Shown here: positions 62,254 through 64,000 of the stretch, piece by piece
Layout of the letters: every line of letters begins with the position of its first letter
How positions within the stretch are numbered: the stretch's first letter is position 1
Source of the DNA: Spirochaetia bacterium
GTDB lineage: Bacteria > Spirochaetota > Spirochaetia > SZUA-6 > Bin103
Assembly: GCA_965203905.1 (NCBI GenBank)
Contig: CBDBDQ010000005.1
Span: 2,144,001-2,208,000 of the forward strand
DNA: 64,000 bases
Direction: 5' to 3'
Translations under genes and position numbers: made by a program
The notes under the pieces: model-generated
Databases searched by the model: none
Seen by the model: only the letters and a program-made list of their open reading frames with translations
Told to the model about the DNA's origin: nothing

Positions 62254-63414
62254 ATGATCAGGGCAGGTATCGCCGGCAGCGGATTCGCCGCCGAGTTCCA
62301 CGTCGCGGGGCTGGGCGCGTGCCGCCACCTGGAGGTGCAGCCGGCGGCGGTCTACTCACCCACGGCCGCGCGCCGCGCCGCGTTTGCAGCGCGCCATCGG
62401 TTGGCCGCCGCCGCGACCCTGGAGGAGCTGCTCGACCAGGTGGACGTGGTGCACGTGTGCGCGCCGCCGGCGGCGCACGAGGCGATCACCTGCGCCGCCC
62501 TGGCGGCCGGCGTGCACGTCATTCTGGAGAAGCCTTTTACCGGCTGCTTCGCCGCCGCGGACACGCCGCGGGCCGAGATGGAGGCGGCGGCCGTGGCCAG
62601 TGCCGGGCGCATGCTCGCCGCCGAGCGGGCCAGCAGCGGCACCCTGGGCTACGCCGAGAACTGGGTGTTCGCGCCCGCGGTGCAGAAGGAGGCGGAGATC
62701 GTGCGCAAGACCAAGGCGCAACTGCTGCGCCTGATGGGCGAGGAGTCCCACTCCGGCTCCCACTCGCCGGTGTACGGGCAATGGCGTCACGCCGGAGGCG
62801 GCTCACTGGTGGGCAAGGCGTGCCACCCGCTGACGGCTATCCTGTTCCTCAAGGAGGAGGAGGGGCGCGCCCACGACGGCAACCCGATCCGGCCGGCCAC
62901 GGTGAGCGCCCGGGTGCACGCCCTCACCCGCCTGCCCGGGTACCGCGACGCCGGGCACCTGCGCGCCGACTACGAGGACATCGAGGACTGCGGCATGGTG
63001 CACGTGACCTTCAGTGACGGTACCGTGGCCGACGTGTTCGCCTCGGAGGTGGTGCTCGGCGGCGTCTACAACTGGCTGGAGGTGTTCGCCAACAACCACC
63101 GTACGCGCTGCAACCTGAACCCGATCGACGCGCTGCAGACCTACAATCCGCGCGAGGAGCAGTTCGAGGACGTGTACGTGGTGGAGAAGATCGGCACCAA
63201 GCAGGGCTGGTCGCGGCCGGCGCCGGACGAGGACTGGATGCACGGCTATCCGCAGGAACTGGCGCACTTCTACGGCTGTTTCGCCGGCGGGCTGGTCCCG
63301 CAGTGCGGGGCCGAGCTGGGCTTCGTGACCACGGCGGTGCTGTACGCGGCCTATCGGTCCGCCGAGCAGGGGGGAACGGAAGTCCCGGTAGCGGAGTTGC
63401 CGAGCGCGCCGTGA
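62254..63414 (+). CDS. Gfo/Idh/MocA family oxidoreductase
   Basis: GIAGSGF, LEKP and GGGSL...H. Confidence 0.9.
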   Translation: MIRAGIAGSGFAAEFHVAGLGACRHLEVQPAAVYSPTAARRAAFAARHRLAAAATLEELLDQVDVVHVCAPPAAHEAITCAALAAGVHVILEKPFTGCFAAADTPRAEMEAAAVASAGRMLAAERASSGTLGYAENWVFAPAVQKEAEIVRKTKAQLLRLMGEESHSGSHSPVYGQWRHAGGGSLVGKACHPLTAILFLKEEEGRAHDGNPIRPATVSARVHALTRLPGYRDAGHLRADYEDIEDCGMVHVTFSDGTVADVFASEVVLGGVYNWLEVFANNHRTRCNLNPIDALQTYNPREEQFEDVYVVEKIGTKQGWSRPAPDEDWMHGYPQELAHFYGCFAGGLVPQCGAELGFVTTAVLYAAYRSAEQGGTEVPVAELPSAP

Positions 63415-64000
63415 GCGGTCATCTCGGGTTCATTCTCAACGTCACCTACGTTGCCGAGCCCGGGAGCGGCCGCGCGGTCGTGCATCTCTACGGCAAGCTG
63501 AGGGACGGCCGGGCCTTCCTGGTGCGCGACCGGCGTCCGCGGCCATACTTCTACCTTGAGAGCGCCGCCTGCGAGACGGCGCGGGGCATGGGTGCCAGTC
63601 TCGAAGCGGCCGGCCGCCGCACGCTGCAGGGTGAACCGGTGCACCGCGTGCTGCTGCGGCGGCCCCAGGACGCGCCGGAGCTGCGCGCGCGCCTGCACGC
63701 CGCCGGGGTCCGCACCTTCGAGGCGGACGTGCGGTTTCCCTATCGCTACCTGATCGACCGCGGCATCCGCGGCGCGCTGCTGATCGAGGGGCATCCGCGG
63801 CCTCTGGAGTCCTGGGCCGGCACGGCGGTGGACACCGTGGTATTCGACGCGCCGGAGCTGCGGCCGGCGCAGTGGACACCGTCGCTGAGCACGCTGTCGC
63901 TGGACATCGAGACCGACCCGGAGGCGCAGCGCCTGCTCTCGGTCGCCCTCTGGGGCTGCGGCGCACGCGAGGTGCTCCTGTGGTGCCCCGATTCCCGGGC
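63411..64000 (+). CDS. polB: DNA polymerase II (family B), N-terminal part, runs off the window
   Basis: GTG overlaps the upstream stop; translated by hand: HLYG, PYFY, FEADVRFPYRYLIDRGI and SLDIET (ExoI). Confidence 0.85.
   Translation, partial: MSGHLGFILNVTYVAEPGSGRAVVHLYGKLRDGRAFLVRDRRPRPYFYLESAACETARGMGASLEAAGRRTLQGEPVHRVLLRRPQDAPELRARLHAAGVRTFEADVRFPYRYLIDRGIRGALLIEGHPRPLESWAGTAVDTVVFDAPELRPAQWTPSLSTLSLDIETDPEAQRLLSVALWGCGAREVLLWCPDSR

Overview
High-GC bacterial chromosomal window of mostly metabolic and housekeeping genes (quaternary-amine catabolism, ABC/MFS/MATE transporters, a Gld-like ABC system, nfo, ileS, menB/menH, start of polB), with several accessory inserts. (1) A type I-G CRISPR-Cas interference operon (csb1/cas7, csb2, cas3, csb3/cas8g2) has no cas1/2/4 and only a 2-repeat, 1-spacer mini-array, and it splits a methylamine-catabolism cluster. 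(2) A lower-GC island (~13.86-22.54 kb) carries a tightly coupled candidate defence operon: TIR-fused ORC/CDC6-like ATPase, a possibly CARF-like protein and a DNA methyltransferase. (3) The TIR gene is interrupted by a 2.6-kb element encoding a tyrosine recombinase and an IS91-like HUH transposase. Its two ends, when joined as a circle, rebuild a long attC-like hairpin with the crossover in an ATT triplet. (4) Smaller inserts include a hypothetical protein plus degenerate ImmA/IrrE-like pair, an IS1595 remnant with a frameshifted NDT-like pseudogene and a small hydrophobic peptide, and a decayed ATP-binding/ParA pair. All calls come from manual motif recognition; no database searches were run.
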